In this document: one piece after another, positions 62,761 to 64,000 of the stretch
Layout: each line of letters begins with the position of its first letter
Numbering within the stretch: position 1 is the first letter of the stretch
Assembly (NCBI RefSeq): GCF_009914755.1
Contig: NC_060927.1
DNA from: the human T2T-CHM13v2.0 reference genome, Homo sapiens
Length of the DNA: 64,000 nt
Strand: one strand, 5' to 3'
The notes under the pieces: generated by a model
What the model was told of the DNA's origin: nothing
Seen by the model: the letters and a program-made list of their open reading frames with translations, nothing else
Databases searched by the model: none
Program-made: the position numbers and the translations under genes

Positions 62761-63652
62761 CTTAACATTTGAGAGGTGGAAGAAGGGCCTGTTGAGCCAG
62801 AGTTTGAGGTGACTTTGGAATAATTTTTTAGGTTTCTTGATCAGTATTAAAGACCCATTGGATCTCTGAGAATAGCTTTATCTATAACATTTTCCCTTTT
62901 TCCCCATTTTCATTACTACCCTCACTGGGGGTTCTCTGTGACTTCTCCCAGGGCCTGTTAGCCATCCTGATTACTTTTCCTCTCCCACAGGGTGCCTTTG
63001 ACCTTAAAGTTATTATTTTTCCTCTTTGGGCATCTGTTTTCTCATCAGTAAAATAACATGAAAGTAATCTTTAAGTTTCTTTCTAGCTCCAATATTCTGT
63101 GATGCCATTGTCCAGAATCTCTACTGAATGGGGGAGCAAATTATGTATCACATTTTTTGTTATAAAAATCAAATTGGTTTATTGAACAGATTCTGGAGAA
63201 TAAAACCTTCATTCAAGCCTCAGCCTTAGTGGTCATATTAGTATTGTGGTCTCTGTGGGTTTTTAATCAAAGAAAACTGTGGACATAGGAATGGTATCAT
63301 TTGTCAGTGTAAGCTGCAATGAAGAAATGCAAGGTAGAAAAAGATGACTGACATCATTAGACCCACTTTGACAAGTGTGATATTATTCTCAAAGTACTCC
63401 CGGGCATCTGAGTTATTTTTGTCTCCTGTGGGTCAGAGTCTGGGGCTTGTTCTCCTCCCCTGGTAAGATAGCTAGTTTAATGATGGCTCTGCCATCACTG
63501 AAGTACATTTGGTCTTAATAATGGGCTTAAATTTTTCTTGGTTCTGTTGGGAACTTCAGCTGTAACAAGGAAACTTAGTAGTAACGATACTTTGATGTGG
63601 GAAAAACTAAGCACCTTTTGCTGAAATCAGTTGCTCTCATCACTGACTTTGA

Positions 63653-64000
<348 letters not shown>

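Overview
Repeat-dense human-type (hominoid) non-coding DNA with no recognisable exon of a protein-coding host gene. An AluYb8-lineage insertion points to human. The window opens in a young minus-strand L1 (L1HS/L1PA2-like) with an intact ORF1 and a homopolymer frameshift in ORF2. Its 5'UTR is only ~364 nt because it is joined exactly at the known L1 splice donor (~nt 97) and acceptor (~nt 622), i.e. a retrotransposed spliced L1 RNA (SpIRE97/622 type). It also lacks the 5'-terminal YY1 motif. Other content: a full-length gamma-actin (ACTG1) processed pseudogene (~40136-42086), a 36-nt tailless U2 snRNA 5' retrocopy with its own TSD inside a THE1/MST LTR, a complete LTR-int-LTR MaLR element nested in an old L1, two related ERV1 solo LTRs, a three-level L1 nest with readable TSDs, many Alus, MIR/L2 relics and several local tandem duplications. 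From memory only (unverified), the pseudogene could be ACTG1P12 in the large first intron of SYN2 (3p25); a BLAT search would settle this. I did not find a demonstrably new biological system. The most interesting items are unusual instances of described retrotransposition phenomena, plus a few speculative cryptic-exon or regulatory candidates. Subfamily names and the boundaries of old repeats are by eye and approximate.
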